From positions 1-47,338 of the forward strand of contig JAAOXV010000007.1 in assembly GCA_018220955.1 (NCBI GenBank): a stretch of DNA of 47,338 nt, given 5' to 3'. Below the pieces are notes generated by a model. It worked only from the letters and a program-made list of their open reading frames with translations. It ran no database searches and was not told where the DNA came from. The translations under genes and the position numbers were made by a program. Shown piece by piece: positions 6,754 through 14,729 of the stretch. The DNA is from Candidatus Altiarchaeota archaeon (lineage in GTDB: Archaea > SpSt-1190). Each line of letters opens with the position of its first letter. The stretch's first letter is position 1.

Positions 6754-8091
6754 TTACAGGCGCTTGGTCATATACGGCCCAGCTAGTGAGTAACCAAGCT
6801 TGTGGAAATAGGGTCGAACACCAATACCGGCCAAAACTGCTAGCTGCTTATAACCTTGTTCAGTAGCTATCTCCTCTGCCCTGACCAATAGCTTTTTTCC
6901 AAGCCCCTTATGCTGCCAAACTCCGGGCTGGCCTATCCGTGCCTCTGGACCATATACACGAAGTTCTCTAACAATTGCAGAGTCCTGAAGTTCTGGCCTG
7001 ATAAAGCGGGTCAGTAGTCGAAGGCGCAGAAAGCCAATCAACCTGTCTTTTTGCTTATCTTCCCAGCTCAGAAAGATTTCTGTTGCACAACTCGCCTGGT
7101 ACTGTCGCTCTATCATCTCTGGTTCAAGCTCGGTCTCAGACAGCGCCTCCCTACATCTAATACATCTACACTTGGTATTCATCTCTTGCCAGACAAGCTC
7201 ACGTAGGTTACCCTTGTCAAGTCCTGCAATCGTGGCTGGAATCGGGACATCCCGCTGGATTCGCATTATTCTTACCCAAGGCGGTACAAGCTGCTTGGCC
7301 TTTGCAAGCAACTTAATTGTTTGCTCAGTTGTCGGCGGAACATATTTTTTCTTGCGCATCCAGCCCTCCAGCTCTGAACCAGGGACGACCAAGGTCGGGT
7401 AAATCTTGAGCATATCTGGCTGATATTGCTCAGCTGAGAAGATTTGTTTGAAGGCTGCCAAGTCTTTTTGTGGCGAAGAACCAGGTAGGCCGGTCATTAT
7501 ATGATAAACCAACTTAAGTCCTAAATCTTTTGCATCTCTGGTCGCTCTAACTGTTTCAGATGAGTCATGCCCACGCTTGACTAGCTCAAGAACACTGTCG
7601 TGTATAGTCTGCACACCTAGCTCAAGTCGAGTCATTCCAAACTCAAGTAACTGATTTAGCTGACCGAGTTGAGCATAATCAGGTCGAGTCTCAAAAGTTA
7701 ATCCAATCACACGATGCTTGGCTAACTCATTCAGCTCATGCGCTTTTTTCAAACTAGCTGAGCTTTGTTTGTTACAGGCATCAAAAATCTTTTTCACAAA
7801 GTTTTTCTGAAAGCTATGCGGAAAGCTATTGAAGGTCCCACCCATCACAATTACTTCCAGCTTGTCAGTCGGATGCCCATTCTCCTCTAGCTGAGCTATC
7901 CGTTTACTTGTGATTTTTTCTGGGTCATACTCATATCTGATTGCTCGACTGGCGGCTGGTTCAAGCCCAGTATAGCTCTGGGCGGCGTCTAGACCCCGGA
8001 AACAGTATACACATTCACCAGGACAGTCAAAGGCCGGTGCCATCACAGCTATGACAGCTACGCCGCTCAGGCTTCGTCTTGGCTTTTTCAC
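6754..8091 (-). CDS. elp3: Elp3-type radical SAM/GNAT tRNA U34 modification enzyme
   Basis: 'SGVAVIAVMAPAFDCPGECVYC' carries the radical-SAM Cys triad. 'EVIVMGGTF' is present. The C-terminal GNAT motif A 'QHKGLGKKLLVRAEEIA' is present. GTG start. At 445 aa it is shorter than typical Elp3. Confidence 0.85.
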   Translation of the reverse strand: MKKPRRSLSGVAVIAVMAPAFDCPGECVYCFRGLDAAQSYTGLEPAASRAIRYEYDPEKITSKRIAQLEENGHPTDKLEVIVMGGTFNSFPHSFQKNFVKKIFDACNKQSSASLKKAHELNELAKHRVIGLTFETRPDYAQLGQLNQLLEFGMTRLELGVQTIHDSVLELVKRGHDSSETVRATRDAKDLGLKLVYHIMTGLPGSSPQKDLAAFKQIFSAEQYQPDMLKIYPTLVVPGSELEGWMRKKKYVPPTTEQTIKLLAKAKQLVPPWVRIMRIQRDVPIPATIAGLDKGNLRELVWQEMNTKCRCIRCREALSETELEPEMIERQYQASCATEIFLSWEDKQKDRLIGFLRLRLLTRFIRPELQDSAIVRELRVYGPEARIGQPGVWQHKGLGKKLLVRAEEIATEQGYKQLAVLAGIGVRPYFHKLGYSLAGPYMTKRL

Positions 8092-8110
8092 ATACAGTCT
8101 TGGTTTGTTT

Positions 8111-8138
8111 GATTAAAAATACATAGATTTTTTTAATC
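8111..8138. promoter_or_regulatory. Bidirectional promoter: perfect 9-bp inverted repeat GATTAAAAA / TTTTTAATC
   Basis: The arms lie at 8111..8119 and 8130..8138. Each reads TTTTTAATC toward its own gene, with its centre 23-24 nt upstream of the start codon (elp3 GTG 8091, proS ATG 8157). This implies near-leaderless mRNAs. Confidence 0.45.
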
Positions 8139-8156
8139 CAGGCATAGCTGAATTGT

Positions 8157-9590
8157 ATGTCAGAAGAATTGGGAATCACTGCGAAAAAGGAAAACATGTC
8201 AGAATGGTATCAACAGCTCGTGCTGCGAGCTGGGTTTGCAGACTACTCTCCTGTAAAAGGCAGTATAATCTACCGTCCTTGGAGCTATGCAATTTGGGAA
8301 AAAATGATGGAAAGCTTTAATGCCGCTATCAAAGCGCACGGAGTAGAGAATGCATATTTTCCATTACTGATTCCAGAAAGCTTTTTGAAAAAAGAAGCAG
8401 AGCACTTTGCTGGCTTCACTCCAGAGGTAGCCTGGGTCACCATGGCTGGTGAGAACAAGCTGGATGAAAGGCTGGCAATCAGGCCGACCAGTGAGACTAT
8501 CATGTATTACATGTTCGCAAAATGGATTCAGAGCTATCGGGACTTACCGTTCAAAGTCAATCAATGGTGCAATATAATGAGATGGGAAACCAAGATGACC
8601 AAACCTTTCCTGCGTGGCAGGGAGTTTCTGTGGCAAGAGGGTCATACAGTTCACACAACCAAAACAGAGGCAGAAACAGAAGCAGAATGGGCTATTGAAG
8701 CCTACAAGAAGCTAGTGGAAGGGCTGCTGGCTGTGCCGGTCGTGACAGGCAAGAAGACTGAGTCTGACAAGTTCGCAGGAGCAGTCTATACCATAACAGT
8801 CGAATCTCTTATGCCCGATGGTAGGGCACTACAGATTGGAACTTCACACATGCTCGGTCAAAATTTCTCAAAACCGTTTGAAGTCAAGTTTCTAGGTAAG
8901 GACGAAAAAAATCATTATGCCTGGCAAACCAGCTGGGGTCTATCAACTCGCATACTCGGCGGGCTGATAATGGTGCATGGTGATGATAAAGGGGCGGTAC
9001 TGCCGCCAAAGGTCGCACCGATTCAGCTTGTGATTGTGCCAATTTTGTTTAAGGAAACTGAAAAACAGGTGATTGCTGAGTGTGAGAGAGTCAAGACTAA
9101 GCTTGAGAAAAAGGGCATAAGAGTCAAGCTAGATGACCGACCTGATTATAGTGCTGGATGGAAGTTCAATCATTGGGAGCTCAAGGGCGTACCACTCCGA
9201 GTAGAGCTTGGTCCAAAAGACCTAGAAAAAAAGAGCATAGTTTTGGTCAGACGAGACACTGGTGTAAAAACGAATGTCAAACAAGTCGAGCTGGTAAAAA
9301 CTGTTCTAGCTGAGTTAGACAAGATGCAAACTGATATGTTCGAAAAGGCCAAGGGCTGGCTTGATAAACACACAGTCAAAACCGAGAAAGCAGAAGAGCT
9401 TGAGGCAGCAATCATCTCAGGCAAATGGGCAATCTTACCACACTGCGCAAATATTGGATGTGAAGAAAAAATGACAGAAAAATTTGCTGGTGGACCAAGC
9501 TTAGTGATTGATAAAAAAATAACTGGAAAAATCTGTATCGGCTGTGGAAAACCTGCAAAATACTGGATTTATTGGGCCAAATCCTATTAA
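8157..9590 (+). CDS. proS: Prolyl-tRNA synthetase, archaeal/eukaryote type
   Basis: The N-terminus 'MSEWYQQLVLRAGFADYSPVKGSIIYRPWSYAIWE' and class II motifs are present. The C-terminal Cys-rich domain ends in '...WAKSY', the terminal Tyr being characteristic of this type. Confidence 0.9.
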   Translation: MSEELGITAKKENMSEWYQQLVLRAGFADYSPVKGSIIYRPWSYAIWEKMMESFNAAIKAHGVENAYFPLLIPESFLKKEAEHFAGFTPEVAWVTMAGENKLDERLAIRPTSETIMYYMFAKWIQSYRDLPFKVNQWCNIMRWETKMTKPFLRGREFLWQEGHTVHTTKTEAETEAEWAIEAYKKLVEGLLAVPVVTGKKTESDKFAGAVYTITVESLMPDGRALQIGTSHMLGQNFSKPFEVKFLGKDEKNHYAWQTSWGLSTRILGGLIMVHGDDKGAVLPPKVAPIQLVIVPILFKETEKQVIAECERVKTKLEKKGIRVKLDDRPDYSAGWKFNHWELKGVPLRVELGPKDLEKKSIVLVRRDTGVKTNVKQVELVKTVLAELDKMQTDMFEKAKGWLDKHTVKTEKAEELEAAIISGKWAILPHCANIGCEEKMTEKFAGGPSLVIDKKITGKICIGCGKPAKYWIYWAKSY

Positions 9591-10003
9591 GCTTTTTTCT
9601 TTTTTAGCTTAGCTGGTTTTGGCTTTGGCTTAACAGGCTCTGGTTCCTGCTTTTTGGCTTTTGCCTTTTTAGCTGATTCAAGCTCAAATTTGCTCATTAC
9701 AAGCCATCTCGGGTCCATCCCATAGAAATGCGAGTCAGTCGAGTTAGTCATCGCATGCAGCTGGTTGGCTATGCTCTGAAGCTCTTTTTGGTTCTTAATA
9801 GCTGTTATATTGATAAACACAACATGCCCCTCATCAAGAGCAGTTCTGACCTTTGGTAGGTCTGCTGTAGACAAAAGCCGAACTATGTTCACAGTAACTA
9901 GCTTTTCTGTCTTTGAAACATGTGGTCCAGATGGTAAAAATATATCTTCCCCGAAAAGTGCCAGTTTGGCTTTCTTAAACGCATTCTTTAATGACTCAAA
10001 CAT
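9587..10003 (-). CDS. sepF: SepF-like cell-division protein with Lys/Pro-rich C-terminal tail
   Basis: N-terminal amphipathic helix 'MFESLKNAFKKAKLALFG' looks like a membrane-targeting sequence. The core 'VTVNIVRLLSTADLPKVRTALDEGHVVFINITAI...' fits the DUF552/SepF pattern. The tail is 'KKAKAKKQEPEPVKPKPKPAKLKKKKA'. Confidence 0.55.
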   Translation of the reverse strand: MFESLKNAFKKAKLALFGEDIFLPSGPHVSKTEKLVTVNIVRLLSTADLPKVRTALDEGHVVFINITAIKNQKELQSIANQLHAMTNSTDSHFYGMDPRWLVMSKFELESAKKAKAKKQEPEPVKPKPKPAKLKKKKA

Positions 10004-10044
10004 ACTAAGGTTACTGTTAAATAGTATAAAAAGATTCGCCAGTT

Positions 10045-10380
10045 ATGGATAAGAGCATAGAAACTAGGTTAAAAGCAAGAAACCAGCTCACTCAGTTCTT
10101 TGATATAAAAAGACAGGCACTCCAAGCAGGTGGAATAATGGATTTTTCTTTTAAAAACCAGACCAAGCGGAGGTTGTTAAAAGAAATGAATGGCATAGCT
10201 AGAGAATTCGAGCTACGTGCAATGAAGTTGGCTGAGCAAGGAAAAGACCCGGCCGAGCTGATGGGAAAAGCAGAGAAAGCAATAGAGAATCTGAAAAAGC
10301 TTGTGGTACAAGAAATCCGGTCAAGGCCGATGGGAGACGAAGTTCATAAAGAACTGATAGACGAAATTAGCTCAATCTAA
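10045..10380 (+). CDS. Hypothetical helical protein
   Basis: 111-aa charged, probably coiled-coil ORF. No motif recognised. Confidence 0.4.
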   Translation: MDKSIETRLKARNQLTQFFDIKRQALQAGGIMDFSFKNQTKRRLLKEMNGIAREFELRAMKLAEQGKDPAELMGKAEKAIENLKKLVVQEIRSRPMGDEVHKELIDEISSI

Positions 10381-10415
10381 ACAAAAACATATAAAAATGG
10401 GTTGTTTAATCTATT

Positions 10416-11801
10416 ATGGCCGATTTAGAGGTCCTTAAAGGACATAACCCAGTAATTATTGAAAACAAGGTGCTTGATAGTGTGAAGGGCAGCAAGTTTG
10501 TGCTTGCGGTTGTGACAGCCACCAAACCGGATTTCTATAAGCAATGGCCGCTGATACCGGCAGCGGAAAAGCTGGGCGTGCCAGCCATTATCATCTATAC
10601 AGGTCAACACTATGATGAGCTACTTGGACATGGAATGAAGGAACTCGGTTTAGAAAAAAAAGTAGCATTCAATCTGCAGATTAGAGGGGGCTTGTGGCAA
10701 AAAGGTTATGAGCTTATGGCTAAGATGGGGGCTGTCGGAAAATGGCTGAAAACTCAGTATCCTGAAACCAAGTTTGTTCCAATAGTACATGGAGACACAC
10801 TTGCCGCTGGAATTGCTCCAATCGGTTGGAATTTCGCAACCGGGGATATGGCAATTCAGAATGAGGCTGGCCTTAGGGGGATGGCACCAAAAAATATGAA
10901 TTTCACTGATTTTGATAAGATGATAGAAGCTCAATGGACAGGAGACTGGTGCATTTCAAGACAAGAACCTTTTCCAGAACAATGGGACACATTTGTCTGC
11001 GGCGCCAGTGCTGGTATCGGCTTTCCACCACTTGAGATAAACAAGCAGCATTTGATTAGAGAGGGATGTCCAGACGACAAGCTGTTTGTGGTCGGGAACG
11101 GTGTGGTTGATGCGGTCGAGATGAAGAAAAACGAAAAGCGGGACAAATCAGTGTTCGACATTTATCCAAATCTGGAAAAATATGACAACTGGGTTAGAAC
11201 AGACATCCATAGGCGTGCAAACCTGAGTGAGCGGCGATTCAGTTCAGTCATAAACGGGATTGAGCTGCTTGTAAAATCTGGTCAGCCGGTTGTGATGATA
11301 GAGCTACCGGCAACCAAGTTCGCGCTTGAGCAACATGGATTAATGAAAAAGATAAAACGGCTCGATAAAGAACATGATAATTTTATGTATACTGATCTAT
11401 GGCAGAAGTACTCACATGTAATTGAGTTTCTTGTTTCTGGTAGATGTAAGGCCGTGCTGACTGATTCTGGCAGTATGCAGGAAGAACTCAACCATCTGGG
11501 CGTGCCAAGCCTGACTGTTCGATTCAATACTGATCGGCCAGAGACTGTGTTTGATGCTCATTCCAACCTGCTGGTTCCGCCATTTTCTGCAGAGTTTGTA
11601 GATGGATTTGTCAAGCATATACTATCTGATAATGATACAGTCAAGACTATGAAGAATGCGCCAAAACTCTATGGCAAAAATGTTAGTGAAAAGATAATCA
11701 AAATATTGCAAGAGCTTTGGGACAAGGACAAGCTGAAAACCATGAGAACTGTACCAGATGTGCTCGGGATTTTCGAAGACCAAGAGATTAAGTTTCTCTG
11801 A
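10416..11801 (+). CDS. UDP-N-acetylglucosamine 2-epimerase family protein (divergent, with insertion)
   Basis: 'TGQHYD', 'VHGDTLAA', 'NEAGLR', 'PFPEQ' and 'TDSGSMQEE...RFNTDRPETV' follow the order of the WecB/MnaA family motifs. At 461 aa it is longer than the usual ~370 aa. Confidence 0.7.
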   Translation: MADLEVLKGHNPVIIENKVLDSVKGSKFVLAVVTATKPDFYKQWPLIPAAEKLGVPAIIIYTGQHYDELLGHGMKELGLEKKVAFNLQIRGGLWQKGYELMAKMGAVGKWLKTQYPETKFVPIVHGDTLAAGIAPIGWNFATGDMAIQNEAGLRGMAPKNMNFTDFDKMIEAQWTGDWCISRQEPFPEQWDTFVCGASAGIGFPPLEINKQHLIREGCPDDKLFVVGNGVVDAVEMKKNEKRDKSVFDIYPNLEKYDNWVRTDIHRRANLSERRFSSVINGIELLVKSGQPVVMIELPATKFALEQHGLMKKIKRLDKEHDNFMYTDLWQKYSHVIEFLVSGRCKAVLTDSGSMQEELNHLGVPSLTVRFNTDRPETVFDAHSNLLVPPFSAEFVDGFVKHILSDNDTVKTMKNAPKLYGKNVSEKIIKILQELWDKDKLKTMRTVPDVLGIFEDQEIKFL

Positions 11802-11838
11802 TATAAAGAATAAATACGCGGCTAACCAGGATTAGCTT

Positions 11839-12723
11839 GTGGAGCTTCCAAAAGAACTGAGCTTGGGCGGGGCAGTGTTGTCCGGGGCCATGCTAATAAC
11901 TGGGTTCTTGCTCATACAGTCTGGTTTGTTCTCAGCTGCAATAATGTCACCTGACAAAACCATCCTAATCGGTATTGGGTTTCTTGCAGTTTTTTCTTCA
12001 CTTGCACTTATAGCAGGTATAAGCCATCTCAATCTGGTCTATTTTCTTCCTCTCTTGCTGCTCTCGCTCTTCTCGATTATGGGTTTTGGACTCTTTGCAT
12101 ACGCAGTCCTGGTGGCAAGAAAGCTCGGCTCGCTTGAAAAAAACATAGTCAAGACTAACTTGACCAATCTCGCTGGAGTAGCATATGGGTTACCGTATCT
12201 TATCCTAATCGGGCTGATGGTCTGGAACATTTACCCAGCTCTGTCATTTCAGATACCAGACCAAGTGGCTGACTTTGTAGTCGAATTCACTGAGCCAGTC
12301 AGTCCATGCCCGCTCGACATGACTGGTATCGAGTGTGTAGACTATTTGGTCGACAGCTACACTGAGCGACAATGTGGAACAGACACGATTTGCATAAACA
12401 TTATCAATTCACAGAAAGACATACTAAGAACACAGATGATTAATGAGATGAAGCTGACTATACCTGACTTTTCTGAAGATTCGACAGTCAGGGACTCTAT
12501 GAGGGCAACTGTTGTGGATACAATGAACAATATGATAACTCCGTACCAGGACGAGCTAAAGATTGTGGCAGCTGTGCTGGTTTTCCTGAGCATGGAGTTT
12601 ATTGGTCGGCTCTTGCAAGGCATAGCGTCGATTCTATCAACTCTTGGACTCAGGGCAATGGTGTCAAGCAAGCTGATTAAGGAAAAAACCATCAAAGTAG
12701 ACAAAACAGTTTACTCAATCTAA
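11839..12723 (+). CDS. Hypothetical polytopic membrane protein with Cys-containing loop domain
   Basis: 294-aa ORF with a GTG start. It has about 4 N-terminal TM segments, a soluble segment 'PVSPCPLDMTGIECVDYLVDSYTERQCGTDTIC', and further hydrophobic spans. Confidence 0.5.
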   Translation: MELPKELSLGGAVLSGAMLITGFLLIQSGLFSAAIMSPDKTILIGIGFLAVFSSLALIAGISHLNLVYFLPLLLLSLFSIMGFGLFAYAVLVARKLGSLEKNIVKTNLTNLAGVAYGLPYLILIGLMVWNIYPALSFQIPDQVADFVVEFTEPVSPCPLDMTGIECVDYLVDSYTERQCGTDTICINIINSQKDILRTQMINEMKLTIPDFSEDSTVRDSMRATVVDTMNNMITPYQDELKIVAAVLVFLSMEFIGRLLQGIASILSTLGLRAMVSSKLIKEKTIKVDKTVYSI

Positions 12724-14693
12724 ATTCGCAGATTGACTCTTCGTTTTTCTAGCTCACTGGTTAGCAGATTAACCCAAATCTTTTTGCGCTTATCTGTTTT
12801 GAAATAGGCATAGATAACATAAACTAGCTCTTTTGATACTGGTTTTATCCCCCACAAAGCCAACAGCTTGTCACTCGGTTCTATCAATGGTTTGAGTATT
12901 CTCCCTTCTGGTGGCTCGTTTTTCACATCTCCCTCAAATTCTGGCGGGCTAGAGGGTATTTTAACTATCGAGCTATATCTGCCAGACTTGATTTTCATAA
13001 GTCCAAGCCGGCTCATTTTGTTGAGCTGAAGCTTGACAGCTCTGGGTTCTGCACCAACTTTCTTGGCTATCTCAGATGGGCTACCTGTTTTTGACATAAT
13101 CTTAATTGCAAGCGGTGACAGGTTCTGAACTTGTTGAAGTCCTTTTGATCCAGCTACTTCACCGAAAATTCCGTCAAACAAGAACTCGCCTGTGCCATCC
13201 CTACCAACATACTTGATAAGCCAATAAGGCCAACAGACCTTTATCTTGGTCGTGAAATGTTCTTGCCTTATGAAAAGCAATTTATCCAACTTTTTCGCTG
13301 CTATCTTTTCTGCAGCTTCAATATCCATTCTATGTTGGACTATCGGAATTTTCCTTATCTCCTTTTCCGGCACTTTCATCAACTCTTTTTTCTGTTCTTG
13401 CTGCTCCTGCGTCTGAATAGGCTCATCTTCTAGCTCCAGCTCTGGTTTCTTAATCGCGAGCGCGCTTCGACCCTCATGTTGACTCATTCTCGGTCTTATA
13501 TGCAAAAAGTGTGTGCTTGTAGTCTCCCTATCACCAATAATCGCCTGACCAAGCCTAATTCCACGAATGAAATTCAGGTTCCACGCCTTTGGCATCCTGG
13601 CAGGCATTCGCTTTTTGACTGCCTTGATATCATCCTCAAACACCAGCTGGTGCACAAACATCAAGTCAAGCTGACTTAGAACTTCACTATTGATGGCAGA
13701 CGGTTGTTGAGTGGCGACAACAAGGGAACAACCCGGTTTTCTGCCCTGCTTGACATATTCAATCAAACTATCGCTTGCAGCCGTTTTTCTATCTTTTGGT
13801 ACAAGCGTGTGTGCCTCATCAATAAACAACCACACAGGCGGAAAAGAGCTCGGCTTTCCAAGTGCCTCTTTTCTTGACTCAGCTTTGCGTCGCTCAAGTA
13901 TCTTTCTTGCCAGAAGTCCCACTATTAGTGCTGCCACTGACTCTTCAAGAAACGAGGTATCAATAATCGTCATCTTTCCTGCCCGTGCAAGCATCTCAAT
14001 GCGAGTGGCTGTGTCGCTGAAAATGCCCCAACCCTTTGAGGCATCAAGCCTGGAAATCAAGCCTCTTCGAGTCTGTTTGCTGAACCCCCTTTCTTTGCTC
14101 TGAAAATCAGGGTCAGTCGAAATTATTCTTGTTAAGTCATCTACAGTATACCCATCTCCAGCTTTCTGAATTGTTAGGTCCAACAAAAGTCCGGCTGGTG
14201 AGAACCTGTCAAGGTCAAAAGTAAAACACCAATCCTGCGCTCTTAGCTCGCTTGGCTTTAATGAAAAAAACCCATCATAACTCTCTTTAGGCATGTTCTT
14301 TGCACCAACTGGCACAAGCACCCTCACATTTTTGAACGCCTTTGGGCTCATCTCCCATTCGGTCAGCGCCTCTATTTCCTTATCCATTCGGTTGACCAAT
14401 TTCATGCTCCAGAAAACCCCAATCGGGTCTATCACAATACTGGCGACTGCATCATTATGCTCGGCCAACTCCTCCATTACCACACCCATGGTATAACTCT
14501 TACCAGACCCTCTGGCTCCGCAGACAAACATTACATGAGGCTTAATCGAATCAATAAAGAGTGGTACGCCCTCGGATTTACCAAGATACATGGCCCGGTC
14601 TGCACCATATTTCTTTATCATACTCTTACTTCTTCCCAATATCAAGCTCACAATATTGCTTGAATGTTGTGGTAGAAATGCGTATCTGTCCAA
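12720..14693 (-). CDS. HerA/FtsK-superfamily (DUF87-type) P-loop ATPase fused to C-terminal winged-helix region
   Basis: Walker A 'CGARGSGKSYT' and Walker B 'VWLFIDEAHTLVP' are present. 'QGRKPGCSLVVATQQPSAINSEVLSQLD' matches the HerA/DUF87 core. The tail contains 'LSPLAIKIMSKTGSPSEIAKKVGAEPRAVKLQLNKMSRLGLMKIKSGRY'. The ORF starts at TTG 14693, with an alternative ATG at 14621. Confidence 0.7.
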   Translation of the reverse strand: MDRYAFLPQHSSNIVSLILGRSKSMIKKYGADRAMYLGKSEGVPLFIDSIKPHVMFVCGARGSGKSYTMGVVMEELAEHNDAVASIVIDPIGVFWSMKLVNRMDKEIEALTEWEMSPKAFKNVRVLVPVGAKNMPKESYDGFFSLKPSELRAQDWCFTFDLDRFSPAGLLLDLTIQKAGDGYTVDDLTRIISTDPDFQSKERGFSKQTRRGLISRLDASKGWGIFSDTATRIEMLARAGKMTIIDTSFLEESVAALIVGLLARKILERRKAESRKEALGKPSSFPPVWLFIDEAHTLVPKDRKTAASDSLIEYVKQGRKPGCSLVVATQQPSAINSEVLSQLDLMFVHQLVFEDDIKAVKKRMPARMPKAWNLNFIRGIRLGQAIIGDRETTSTHFLHIRPRMSQHEGRSALAIKKPELELEDEPIQTQEQQEQKKELMKVPEKEIRKIPIVQHRMDIEAAEKIAAKKLDKLLFIRQEHFTTKIKVCWPYWLIKYVGRDGTGEFLFDGIFGEVAGSKGLQQVQNLSPLAIKIMSKTGSPSEIAKKVGAEPRAVKLQLNKMSRLGLMKIKSGRYSSIVKIPSSPPEFEGDVKNEPPEGRILKPLIEPSDKLLALWGIKPVSKELVYVIYAYFKTDKRKKIWVNLLTSELEKRRVNLRI

Positions 14694-14729
14694 GCGAATC
14701 CTTTTTTACCAGCTCAGATAAATTAGAAA

